This document shows positions 1 through 9,540 of a DNA stretch of 64,000 bases, in pieces. The notes beneath the pieces were generated by a model, which saw only the letters and a program-made list of their open reading frames with translations, searched no databases and was not told the DNA's origin. Origin of the DNA: Rebecca billardiae RCC1528 (taxonomy: Eukaryota; Protista; Haptophyta); the NCBI GenBank assembly GCA_965240325.2, contig OZ251246.1, forward strand, positions 248,001 to 312,000, read 5' to 3'. The first letter of the stretch is position 1; each line of letters starts with the position of its first letter. Made by a program: the position numbers and the translations under genes.

Positions 1-818
1 TGACGACAATCGAATGAGCACGAGTGCGCACGGAGGCGCTGGGCGCCGAGCTGGCGAAGCGCGGCGCCGAGCTCGACGCGCTGCGCGACGCGGCGACGCG
101 GACGCGCTGGGCGCGCGCGGCGCCCTCGTCGCGACGCCCCGTGCAGCAGCTCGAGCAGCCAGCTGTGGAGTAGACGGCCGTCGACTCGAGGGCGCCACCG
201 CGCCGGGTGAGTAGTGAGCACGCACGGGCTCCGCCTCGGTCGGAGGCTGGCTGGCCGCCGCCGTGGCTTCGAGGCCGACGCGGCGGAGGAGGCGGCGGGC
301 GAGCACGGTGGCGCGGTGGAGCAGGCGCGCACGCGCGGCGGCAGGCGCGACCCGCCGCTCGCCTCGTTCCACCCCGAGCTCCGCTCGGTCTCGCCTCTCG
401 GTGCGCGGCTGCGCAGCGCCGTGAGCGCAGGCTGGGGCCGCTGGGGGTGGGGCCAGCAGAGTGGTGCGCGCTCTCGCTCTGCCGGCACGAGGCGCGCCGG
501 CTGAGCGACCAGGGCACCAGCGGCCCGTCGTCGAGCGCGTGGCGCAGCGCGAGCACCTCAAGGCAGGCTTGCCCTGCGCGCGCGCGCCGCTGCCCCGGCC
601 GCCGTCCGTACTTCTTCACGCCGCGGCGGGCCCGCGGCGACAGTCCTCATCGGCCCGCCATGTTGACCAGACTGAGACAGCAGCCGACGGAGGGTGCACC
701 GCGGGCCCCTAACTACGTTGGTTCTACGGAAGGACCGCGGAACGCGGTCATATATATATAGTCTTATGAACTCTTTCGATGGAATCTGAGCTAGTATAGA
801 CTGCTACTAGACTACTAG

Positions 819-855
<37 letters not shown>

Positions 856-1196
856 TCATATATATATAGTACGCTGCTAGTCTCTACTACCGTCAGCCGT
901 CTACGAGTTCGCGGCCACTCCGCGGGCCCCGGGAGTCGGGAGTGCCACCGTGCCGCTCCGCGCGAGCCAGTGTCGTACGGTCCGCTGACTCAGGCCGCGT
1001 GACTCATCGCGTCAGCACGGCCGCAAATATTGTATTCAAAACTAACCGCGGCGGCGCGGCCGGCGCGCGGCCGCGCGCGCATCGCCGCGGCCCGGCCGGC
1101 GGCGGCGGCACGGGCCGGCACCGGCACCCGGCCCGCGCGGTACCAATCCGCCGCGTCGTCTGACGACTCATCCGTGTCCGCAGCAGAGTCGCGCCC

Positions 1197-2102
1197 TCAG
1201 CGATGATGATGCTGGTGCTGGCCCGGAGACGGCGCGTGACTCTGATTGCGTACAAACCGGCTGCACTCCCTCCTGATCGGCCGCCCAAAGTGCGAGTACT
1301 CGCGCTGCGTGATGCGGCATAGCTGCCGGAGGCCGGGCGCGTAGATGGGAGCGGAGAGATTGTACTTGTACTGAAGCTCCTTGCCAGCCGCCTGCGCCAG
1401 CATCAGGTTTTGGTCGTTGCGCTGCCGTCCGCCGTCCGTGTGCCTGGGACTGAAGTCGAGACCATCTGGGAGTCCAGGCCAGCGTAGCGCGGCGAGGGTT
1501 GGCTGCAGCTCGCTGAGCGTGCCGGTCAGCGTCGGCTGGTCGCTGCGTGCCGTGCACACCAGGTCTTGCGGCCTGAAGTGATGGTCGATGCGGCGGCGCC
1601 CAGGGTTCGTCTCGAAGGCATTGCCCAGAGCCTTCACGTACATGTTGAACGTGAGGCAAGACCGATGCCCGCGCAACTCGCGTGGCAGCAGGTGCCTAAT
1701 GCGACCGATCAGGTCTTGAGCCTGGCACGGTCGCGTCGTCGAGCCCGGGCAGCAGCCGACCTTGTCGTGGAAGCCGCTGATGTAGCGATCGATCGGGTCC
1801 CTGATCACGTTGATCCGCATCTGCGCGACCTCGTCAATGTCATTGTCTTTCGAGTAGCGCACGTGCGGCACGCCGGTCCACCCGTCCGGCGCGTGACAGT
1901 TGCGGCCCTTGTCGCTGCTGAGCGCCGCGTGAAGCCCGCAGAAGAGAGTCGTCGAGCCGCACTTGTTGCACGCGCACAGGATGAGCTTCGTGCCTTGCAG
2001 GCCAGTGCCGCGGGCTGGAGGCTCGTACACGACCGTCTCGCCGCCAGCGAGCGCAGCCGCGACGAGCAGGACCACCGTGGGCGCAAACCGCCGTGGTGGC
2101 AT
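1197..2102 (-). CDS. Carbohydrate sulfotransferase (Sulfotransfer_2 / HNK-1ST-CHST-like), secretory pathway, paralog 1
   Basis: N-terminal hydrophobic segment; 5'-PSB-like CNKCGSTT; 3'-PB-like IRDPIDRYISGFHDK; HHFRPQ motif typical of the family. Confidence 0.8.
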   Translation of the reverse strand: MPPRRFAPTVVLLVAAALAGGETVVYEPPARGTGLQGTKLILCACNKCGSTTLFCGLHAALSSDKGRNCHAPDGWTGVPHVRYSKDNDIDEVAQMRINVIRDPIDRYISGFHDKVGCCPGSTTRPCQAQDLIGRIRHLLPRELRGHRSCLTFNMYVKALGNAFETNPGRRRIDHHFRPQDLVCTARSDQPTLTGTLSELQPTLAALRWPGLPDGLDFSPRHTDGGRQRNDQNLMLAQAAGKELQYKYNLSAPIYAPGLRQLCRITQREYSHFGRPIRRECSRFVRNQSHAPSPGQHQHHHR

Positions 2103-2150
2103 GGCTGCCGAGCTCTCAGCTCATGAAGATCTGATGATCACCAGGCAGCA

Positions 2151-3311
2151 ATGGCGGCTGCACCACAGGCGCTAGGTGCGATCTGGCTACTTGCGCTCGC
2201 GCGGCCGCGCGTCACGCTCGTCTCGATCGGCCTCGGCGCCAAGTTTGAGGCCGCGCTGGATTCATTGAATGCCACGGCGGCAGCAGCTGGGTTCGATCAC
2301 GTGCAGCTCTGGCGCACCACGGCCGAGCTGCTGGCTGACCCCAGCGTGCAAAGGCACGCTGATGCGATGCGCAGGCTGGAGGCGCTTCAGGACAGGCGGC
2401 CGTGGTGCATGGTGGGTAAGGGCATCGCGATCCTCCAGGCGATGGCCAAGAGCAAGCATGGGGACTACATCATGTGGGCCGACGCATCGCAGTATCACTC
2501 CGGCAGCCTCGCTGGTGTGGATGTGCGCGCAGCCATCGCCGCTCTCAACGAGCCGCCACCACGCCTGAAGCTGGACGCGCTCCCCACAGCCAGCGCGTGG
2601 GCGCGATGGCTGCGCATGCAGCCGGGCTCGCTCGAACAACTGGGATCCACGCGCACGCCCCGCAGCGCCTTCGGCCTGGTGGCATGCCCATTCGACTGCA
2701 GCACGCACAAGTCAACAGCAGAACTGTGCCTGACTAATGGTAGAAATTCTCACGTCTCAGTGCACACGACGCGAGCGTACGCACAGCGCATAGGGCACGC
2801 GGGGACATTCCTGTCGCAGCCGCACGTGCTGAACAGCAACATCCTCCTGTGCGTGGACAACAGCACCGAGCGCATCGTGCGCGAGTGGGTGAAGATGGCG
2901 TGGGACTCCCCAGAAGGCTTCTGCAAATCAAAACCGCAGGACCAGTCTGCCTGGAGCGTTCTGGTGCACAGCCTGGGGCTGCCACTGATCAACACGTGCC
3001 CATATTTGGCCGTCGCCCCGCACTGGGAGGAGGCTATGGATGCCGCGCACAACGCCACGCGCAGCGTCTATGTGAATTGCCACAGGACAACGAAGAGCAG
3101 TGCATTCATGCTGCGCGCTCTCTCTGAGAGAAGGTTCATGGTGCTGCAAGCGCGGGCTCGAGAGACGGCGGGCGGGCGCCCAGGCGCACACGCCAGTGGC
3201 ATGGTGGCGCGGTCCTCAGTGTACATGCCCACTTGCGACGGTTCCTCGCAGCGGCGTTCCCAGCCGGCGACGAAATTCTGGCAGGCCCGGCGCGCAGGGC
3301 CAGGTGCGTGA
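2151..3311 (+). CDS. Secretory-pathway glycosyltransferase-like protein (GT-A-like, family uncertain)
   Basis: 386-aa ORF with N-terminal hydrophobic stretch, YIMWADAS (DxD-position motif) and QDQSAWSVL (DQ-S motif seen in GT-A-type families); head-to-head with sulfotransferase 1. Confidence 0.5.
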   Translation: MAAAPQALGAIWLLALARPRVTLVSIGLGAKFEAALDSLNATAAAAGFDHVQLWRTTAELLADPSVQRHADAMRRLEALQDRRPWCMVGKGIAILQAMAKSKHGDYIMWADASQYHSGSLAGVDVRAAIAALNEPPPRLKLDALPTASAWARWLRMQPGSLEQLGSTRTPRSAFGLVACPFDCSTHKSTAELCLTNGRNSHVSVHTTRAYAQRIGHAGTFLSQPHVLNSNILLCVDNSTERIVREWVKMAWDSPEGFCKSKPQDQSAWSVLVHSLGLPLINTCPYLAVAPHWEEAMDAAHNATRSVYVNCHRTTKSSAFMLRALSERRFMVLQARARETAGGRPGAHASGMVARSSVYMPTCDGSSQRRSQPATKFWQARRAGPGA

Positions 3312-3553
3312 GTTTGACTCAGTCACAGTGACTGCGTCGGCGTCGCACACGACAAAATCAAAAATAATAATAAGCATATTCATCATCATCAAATTAAACT
3401 ATTATTATATTATATATAAAAATATACTAGAATACTGCTGCTATTATTTTAATAAGAAGCTAGTTGATGGCTGAATATAATTATAAACTGCCCTGGCGGC
3501 GACTGTCCAATTGTTGTAGTCACCGACACTGGCTCTTGAATCAGTAGGTCACA

Positions 3554-4429
3554 TCAGTGCGTGCGCAAAGCGCGGCTGCACTCTCTCCTGATCGGCCGCC
3601 CAAAGTGCGAGTACTCGCGCTGCGTGATGCGGCATAGCTGCGGCACGCTTGGCGCATAGATGGGAGCGGAGAGATTGTACTTGTACTGCGGCTCGTGGCC
3701 GCTGCGCTCCAGCACATTACCATCGGCGCGCTGCCATCCACCGTCTGCGTGTCTAGTGCCGAAGTCGAGGGTCCCTGGGAGTCCAGGCCAGCGTAGCGCG
3801 GCGAGGGTTGGCTGCAGCTCGCTGAGCGTGCCGGTCAGCGTCGGCTGGTCGCTGCGTGCCGTGCACACCAGGTCTTGCGGCCTGAAGTGGTGGTCGATGC
3901 GCAGCCGCCCAGCGTCCGTCTGGAAGGCGTTGCCCAGCGCACCCACGAACAGATCAAACGTGACGCACGGGCGCGAACGCGCCGCCCTTGGCAGCAGGGA
4001 CCTGATGCGACTGACGATGTTCTGCTGCTTCGATTGGCACGGCTGCCACGTGGAGCCCGGGCAGCAGCCGACCTTGTCGTGGAAGCCGCTGATGTAGCGA
4101 TCGATCGGGTCCCTGATCACGTTGACCCGGAGCTGCGCTGTTTCGTTGACGTCATCGAGTTTGGAGTAGCGCACGTGCTGCACGCTGGCCCACTTTTCAG
4201 CCGTGTGGCAGCCGCCCGTCGAGTTCCATTCGCCGCTGCTGAGAGCCTCTTGGAGCCCGCAGAAGAGGGTCGTCGAGCCGCACTTGTTGCACGCGCACAG
4301 GATGAGCTTCGTGCCTCGCAGGCCAGTGCCGCGGGCTGGTGGCTCGTACACGACAGTCTCGCCGCCGGCGAGCGCAGCCGCGACAGCGAGAGCCAGAGCC
4401 ACGGACGGCAAACGCACAGCAGGCGGCAT
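3554..4429 (-). CDS. Carbohydrate sulfotransferase, paralog 2
   Basis: Same motifs as paralog 1. Probable start MPPAVRLP at 4429; the ORF-track extension to 4570 runs into the adjacent repeat element. Confidence 0.8.
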   Translation of the reverse strand: MPPAVRLPSVALALAVAAALAGGETVVYEPPARGTGLRGTKLILCACNKCGSTTLFCGLQEALSSGEWNSTGGCHTAEKWASVQHVRYSKLDDVNETAQLRVNVIRDPIDRYISGFHDKVGCCPGSTWQPCQSKQQNIVSRIRSLLPRAARSRPCVTFDLFVGALGNAFQTDAGRLRIDHHFRPQDLVCTARSDQPTLTGTLSELQPTLAALRWPGLPGTLDFGTRHADGGWQRADGNVLERSGHEPQYKYNLSAPIYAPSVPQLCRITQREYSHFGRPIRRECSRALRTH

Positions 4430-4492
4430 CGTGGGACGAAGCCCATTGATTAGCCCATCATTGATTACTGCATCACAATGCTGTATGGATAC

Positions 4493-5427
4493 GGGAGGTG
4501 TCACCAAACCGAGCTCAGAATGAGGAGTGTACCGAGCTAAGCGGATGTACCATGGTACACTTTGGTACATAATTGGTACACTATTGGTACACTATTGGTA
4601 CATGTAAAGATGTACCAAGTGTACCAATAGTGTACCAATTATGTACCAAAGTGTACCAACGCATCCTGACAATGTACCAAATGCCATTGGGTGTACCATG
4701 GTACATTTTGGTACATCCACATAGCACATGTTGGTACATTACCTGATGTACCAACTCCTCCCAAATGTACCAACTCGTCCGAAGAATGTACCAATGTGTC
4801 CCAACGATGTACCAAATGTACCATACCATGTGTACCAACCGTCCCCCAATGTACCATCAATGTACCAACTTTTCATGAATGTACCAATAGTGTACCATCG
4901 TCGGCGATTCAGAGCAGTGGTACACTTTCCTGGGTGTACCTGGTACACCCAGAATCCCACCAAGTTGGTACATTCCGCTGAAATTATTTGGTACACTTGG
5001 TACATTTTCAGGACGAGTTGGTACATTTTTTGGTACACCCTGGGACAAGTTGGTACACTTTGGGGAGCAGTTGGTACATTCAGGGAGGAGTTGGTACACT
5101 TGGTACACTTTTGTGTGCAAACTGGTACATGGTTGGTACACGTTGGTACACTCATGAAATGTACCAAAGTGTACCATTTATGTACCAAAGTGTACATGGT
5201 ACACCCAACGACATTTGGTACATTGTCAGGATGCGTTGGTACACTTTGGTCACACCATTGGTACACTATTGGTACACTATTGGTACACTATTGGTACACT
5301 TGGTACATCTTTACATGTACCAATAGTGTACCAATAGTGATGTACCAATTATGTACCAAAGTGTACCATGGTACATCCGCTTAGCTCGGTACACTCCGGT
5401 TCTGAGCTCGGTTTGGTCGATCTACCC
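4493..5427. mobile_element. Non-autonomous foldback/MULE-like element built from GGTAC/GTACC repeats
   Basis: GGG...CCC termini; long imperfect TIRs (accaaaccgagctcagaa..ggagtgtaccgagctaagcggatgtaccatggtacactttggtacataattggtaca); flanking 10-bp direct repeat GTATGGATAC at 4483-4492 and 5428-5437. Confidence 0.8.
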
Positions 5428-6853
5428 GTATGGATACTACCCATATACTAAGCAAGTAGTTATTGGGGAACCAGCATGCAGCCTGCGCGTTGGCCAGCTA
5501 GGGACAACCACGGTTCCGGTTCTTTTCAAATATCGCTTTTAAAAAAATAATAAATGGTGTTCCACCCCTTGTAGCTATAACAGTTCTCTGCACAGTGGAA
5601 TTTACCCACCACAGGTGCATGGTTTCTGCACCCTGGCTGCTCCCTCGTGTTTGTCCAGCTGGCGCAACGCTCCGACAGTGTATCGGGTGGAATTCCCATT
5701 TTCTGGCGCACTTCCGCACTGGGGAGGCGGAAAAGCGGCATTTAATACGCGAATAAGGAATAAAATAATAATGGGAATAAAGCGCACGCAGTGCGAAGAA
5801 AGTTTTTCGCGGGTTACATTGTAGTATCAGCGTAGTTACTATGCGAAGCACCATCTGCTGCGAGGCGGCCTGCTTGCGCACGCGGCGTCCCGAGCACCCT
5901 CGGGGCTCAGCTGCGGCTTGGCCTGCGCACGCTCAGCAAGCTCGCGTGCGGCCTGCACCTTGCCCGCCGCCTTGACTCTCGAGCAAGAGGATCGACGTAA
6001 GTAAGAGTGAGCGTGTGCCGCCGAGCTGCTGTCCGGCAGCCACCCGCGACTGCAGCCGCTGGCCGCGGTGCCTGGCCTCGGCGCGGCCCCACAGGCTCAG
6101 CGCTGGGAGCTCATCCTCCTCCTGCGCTCCTCCTCCAGGCGTTTGAGCCGCCGCCGCCTTGGCCGCCTCGTCCTCGTCGATCAGCTGAACGGCGGGAGTG
6201 ATGTCTCTGCTCAGCTGAGTGTGACGTGACAAGCGAGGCGACGAGCGACAGCAGCCCGATGACCAAGCCGACGAGCTCATCGTACGAGCCGTCACGCGTG
6301 CGCTCGTGCCGTGTCTGAGCTGGCTCGCGCTCGTACGCCGACCAGGCTTTGCTCGGACTGAACGCGTGTGCTCAGGCGTCCTTGCGTGTGCGCTTGGACG
6401 GCCGCGGGCCGTCATCTGGTCCGACCGCGCGCAGCTCGATCTCGGAAGCGTTGAGCTGCTCCGCGGTTGACTCACCCTCTACCTCAGGTTCGACCACGGC
6501 AGCAGGCCCCGCAGCAGCCGCCAGGTAGCATCGGCAGGAGCCCCTGCGCCACCCGACGCCGTCCGCACATCGGCCAGCTTGCCGCACACGCGCTGGACCA
6601 CGGCCTCGCCGCGCTTGACGCGGATGTGGTGCCAGGTCGTCGTGCCAATCGTTTGGCTATCGACAACGGGCACGGGCACCTCGATCACGACAACGCCTGT
6701 CGCGTAGGCTGTGTAGCGATGTCCGTCCACGACTCCGTCGTGGGTGGACGGCGCACGCCATCGCGGCCGTGGGCGCAAGTGTCTCGTGAATTGTTTTTTT
6801 ATTCACTAATTCGCCCAGCCGCTACATCGAACTCGACAACGGTTGCTTTTATA

Positions 6854-7643
6854 GTCCCTCACAAGTTTAAGCCTCCCGACATTGTTCGCCATATCAGCGC
6901 AGCAAAGCAGCGGCGCGCCACCATACCAGGGGCGTACTTGGCCCACTCCACTGCCGTGCACATGAGGTGCGCCCGGACCCGATTGCTCGAGTCCTCGCAA
7001 ATAGGCGTGGCTGTGCATCCTGGGTTGACGTTTGGTACCCGGCGGCCGGCGAGCTCGACTGGCGGCGAGCAGACCTGCCTGCGTGCCGCCGGCTGTCGGC
7101 AGCCTCCGTGCGCTGAGCCGCGCGCCGCGCGGTGCGTGTGCGACGTAGCTCCGCCCACGCCACGCATGCACCCTCGCGCCGCGCCGCCAGCTTGGCGCTG
7201 CCGTCAGCCAGAGCCGATCGAGTGCATGCCCGAGCCTGCTCCGAGAGCATCAATATGGGCTGCGTGTGGCTGCGCGTGCACTTTCGTCGCCTAATTTTGC
7301 CAGCGTCGAGTTGGCGCGTGGCACGCCCACCGTAGCAGCACGACTCCCGAATGCACAAAAGCCGGGGGTCAGCTGAATTAATGCAGCTCACACGACCGCG
7401 CTCCACGCCGAAAACCAGCCCGTAGCTGCCCGCCGGCTGGCTCGTGCATGCGCACCGACTGCCGGGCGCATCGACACCGTGGCGCACAGAGCGCGGGTGC
7501 CGCGGCCGGGTGGGTATGTACTGACGCGGCTGGGCCTGGTGCATGCGCGGGCGGATGGGCTCTGCCCGGGTCGGCGCGTAGCGGGCGTGCGGGCTGAGAC
7601 AAAGTCGTGCCTGCTGCAGCCGGCAACTAAATTTGTGGGTCCC
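6854..7643. mobile_element. 790-bp element 'B', left copy (direct terminal repeat of the composite)
   Basis: Apparently identical to 22142-22931; imperfect TIRs (ta)gtccctcacaagttta / taaatttgtgggtccc(ta); no convincing protein. Confidence 0.85.
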
Positions 7644-8120
7644 TAAGTGAGCAGGTAGTAGAAAAGTCGGAACGAGGGCGAGGGCGACGGCGAGCGAGGC
7701 CGGCGTCGGTCCACATGGGTCGGGGATATTCCCGCCGTGCAGCGATCCCAGCGCGTCGTCCGCCTCCGGCGAGTTGGTGGGGCACAGGAGCCCACATCTT
7801 GCGCAGAGCAGCTGAGGTTAATCGGACGCTCCCGCGCGGCGGCGGGGCCGGCAGTTGGGGCCTCCACTGGGTTGGACTTGCGCCACGCCGCTTGTCATAG
7901 CTCGACGAGCTCAACCCGTGGCGCCGAGCTCGTGCCCAGCGCACATCCGCGAGGGCGTGCGGCCCCAGCGCACGCGGCGGCTGCGTCGCTGGGGCGCTCG
8001 CCATGGACGGAACGAGTTCGAATAGAGGCCACACCGCTTCGTCAGCTGTAAGATCAACTTTGGGCGGCTCGGGACGTAACGTGCAGTCATCTTTGGTGGC
8101 CAAGCAGCCGGCGGCGGCTG

Positions 8121-9422
8121 ATGGGCCGCGCGCCGACCGCGCCCAAAGATCGGCGCGGGCGCAAAGGCGCCCACCGCGTCGGCTACGCTCCGAACAGGCG
8201 GGTATCGCGGGAGTGTATTGCTCTGGATTACAACCCGAAGGCCCTGGGCCCTGAGGAGAGGTTTCACCATGCGATCGGCGCGTGCGTGCTGTGCCTCAAT
8301 GAAGGCTCTCCGTTGGCCTCAGCTTTCCAGAGGGCGGCGCGGTCGGCCGAGGTCACCGAGAAGACGATGAAGAAGTGGTTCATGGACTGGCACACGGAGG
8401 GCTGGCACATTGATGCTGACGGGAAGCCGAAGCGCGGTCCACGCCCACGCCTCAGTGCCGAGGCGCAGGCGGCGCTTACGTCCGAGCTCAGCGCCGGGCC
8501 GGCTGGTCAGAGTGTGCGGAAGGCTGCGTGCCGCGCCGTCGGTGCTGGATCGCTCGATGCGTCCGCGCTCGACGTCTCCGACGAGACGCTACGCCGCGCG
8601 GCGCGGAAGAAGATGGATTGGGAGCCGCTCAAGGTGAGGAAGCAGATCACGGCTCAGCAGGCGAAGAAGCGGGTGGCGTTCGCACGGTGGCTGCAGAGAG
8701 TCAAGGCGATGGTTGACAGGCTGTTCTTCACCGACTCGAAGTACTTCAAGTTCGACGTCACGAACCGGAGCACGGTGATGTCGTGGACGCTGCGTGACGA
8801 GCCCAAGCGCAAGCTGAACCAGGTCCAGGCAGGTGACTGCGTGATCCATGGCTACGCCGGCGCCTGCTCTCGCGGCATCACGCCGCTCTATTTTGCCACG
8901 GGCACTCACGGCCGCACGCATGAGAATGGTCGCGGCAAGCAGTGCCGTGGCGTGTGCTGGAAGGAGTACCTGAACGACGTGCTGCCTTTCCTGGACAAGG
9001 AGGCCCAGGCGCTCTTCGGCGACTTCATCAGACAGATGATCTTCCAGCAGGACAGTGCCTCACCCCACACGGCGCTGGCTGTGCGCCAATGGCTCGACGA
9101 GCGGTTTGGCCCCGAGGGACACCTTGGCCCCAAGTCCACCGAGGGTCAGCCGGGCCGTAGCTGGCCGCCGAACAGCGCCGACTTGTCGCTCATTGAGCAT
9201 GTCTGGGCGCGCGTGGAGCAGCTTCTCAACGCATGGAAGCACAAGTGGTGCACCGACAACCCGAGCAAGCAGCGGCCAACCTTCAAGGAGTTCGAGGAGG
9301 TGGTGAAGGCTAAGTTCGAGGAGGTACGGAACGACAAGAAGTTCATCCAGGCGCTGTTCAAATCCTATCGGCGTCGGCTGCAGGACTGCGTCGAGACCAA
9401 GGGTGAGCAGCGCGTGCGCTGA
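8121..9422 (+). CDS. Tc1-like DDE transposase, copy 1 (DD47E)
   Basis: N-terminal HTH-like region with RGPRPRLS linker; catalytic FFTDSK, FQQDSASPH, WPPNSADLSLIEHVW; C-terminal SYRRRLQDCVETKG. Confidence 0.93.
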   Translation: MGRAPTAPKDRRGRKGAHRVGYAPNRRVSRECIALDYNPKALGPEERFHHAIGACVLCLNEGSPLASAFQRAARSAEVTEKTMKKWFMDWHTEGWHIDADGKPKRGPRPRLSAEAQAALTSELSAGPAGQSVRKAACRAVGAGSLDASALDVSDETLRRAARKKMDWEPLKVRKQITAQQAKKRVAFARWLQRVKAMVDRLFFTDSKYFKFDVTNRSTVMSWTLRDEPKRKLNQVQAGDCVIHGYAGACSRGITPLYFATGTHGRTHENGRGKQCRGVCWKEYLNDVLPFLDKEAQALFGDFIRQMIFQQDSASPHTALAVRQWLDERFGPEGHLGPKSTEGQPGRSWPPNSADLSLIEHVWARVEQLLNAWKHKWCTDNPSKQRPTFKEFEEVVKAKFEEVRNDKKFIQALFKSYRRRLQDCVETKGEQRVR

Positions 9423-9540
9423 AGAGCAGTGTCGGACAATGATGGTATATAGTTTATTAGCTGCTCAGTATAGTAGATCTCGAGTCATATCATATCAGCC
9501 TATAGGCTATAGCTTACTCTACGTCTAACGTCACGTCTCA

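Noticed and set aside
4581-5384. Trp/Tyr/Val-Pro-rich ORFs
   Set aside because: Translations of the GTAC micro-repeats on both strands.
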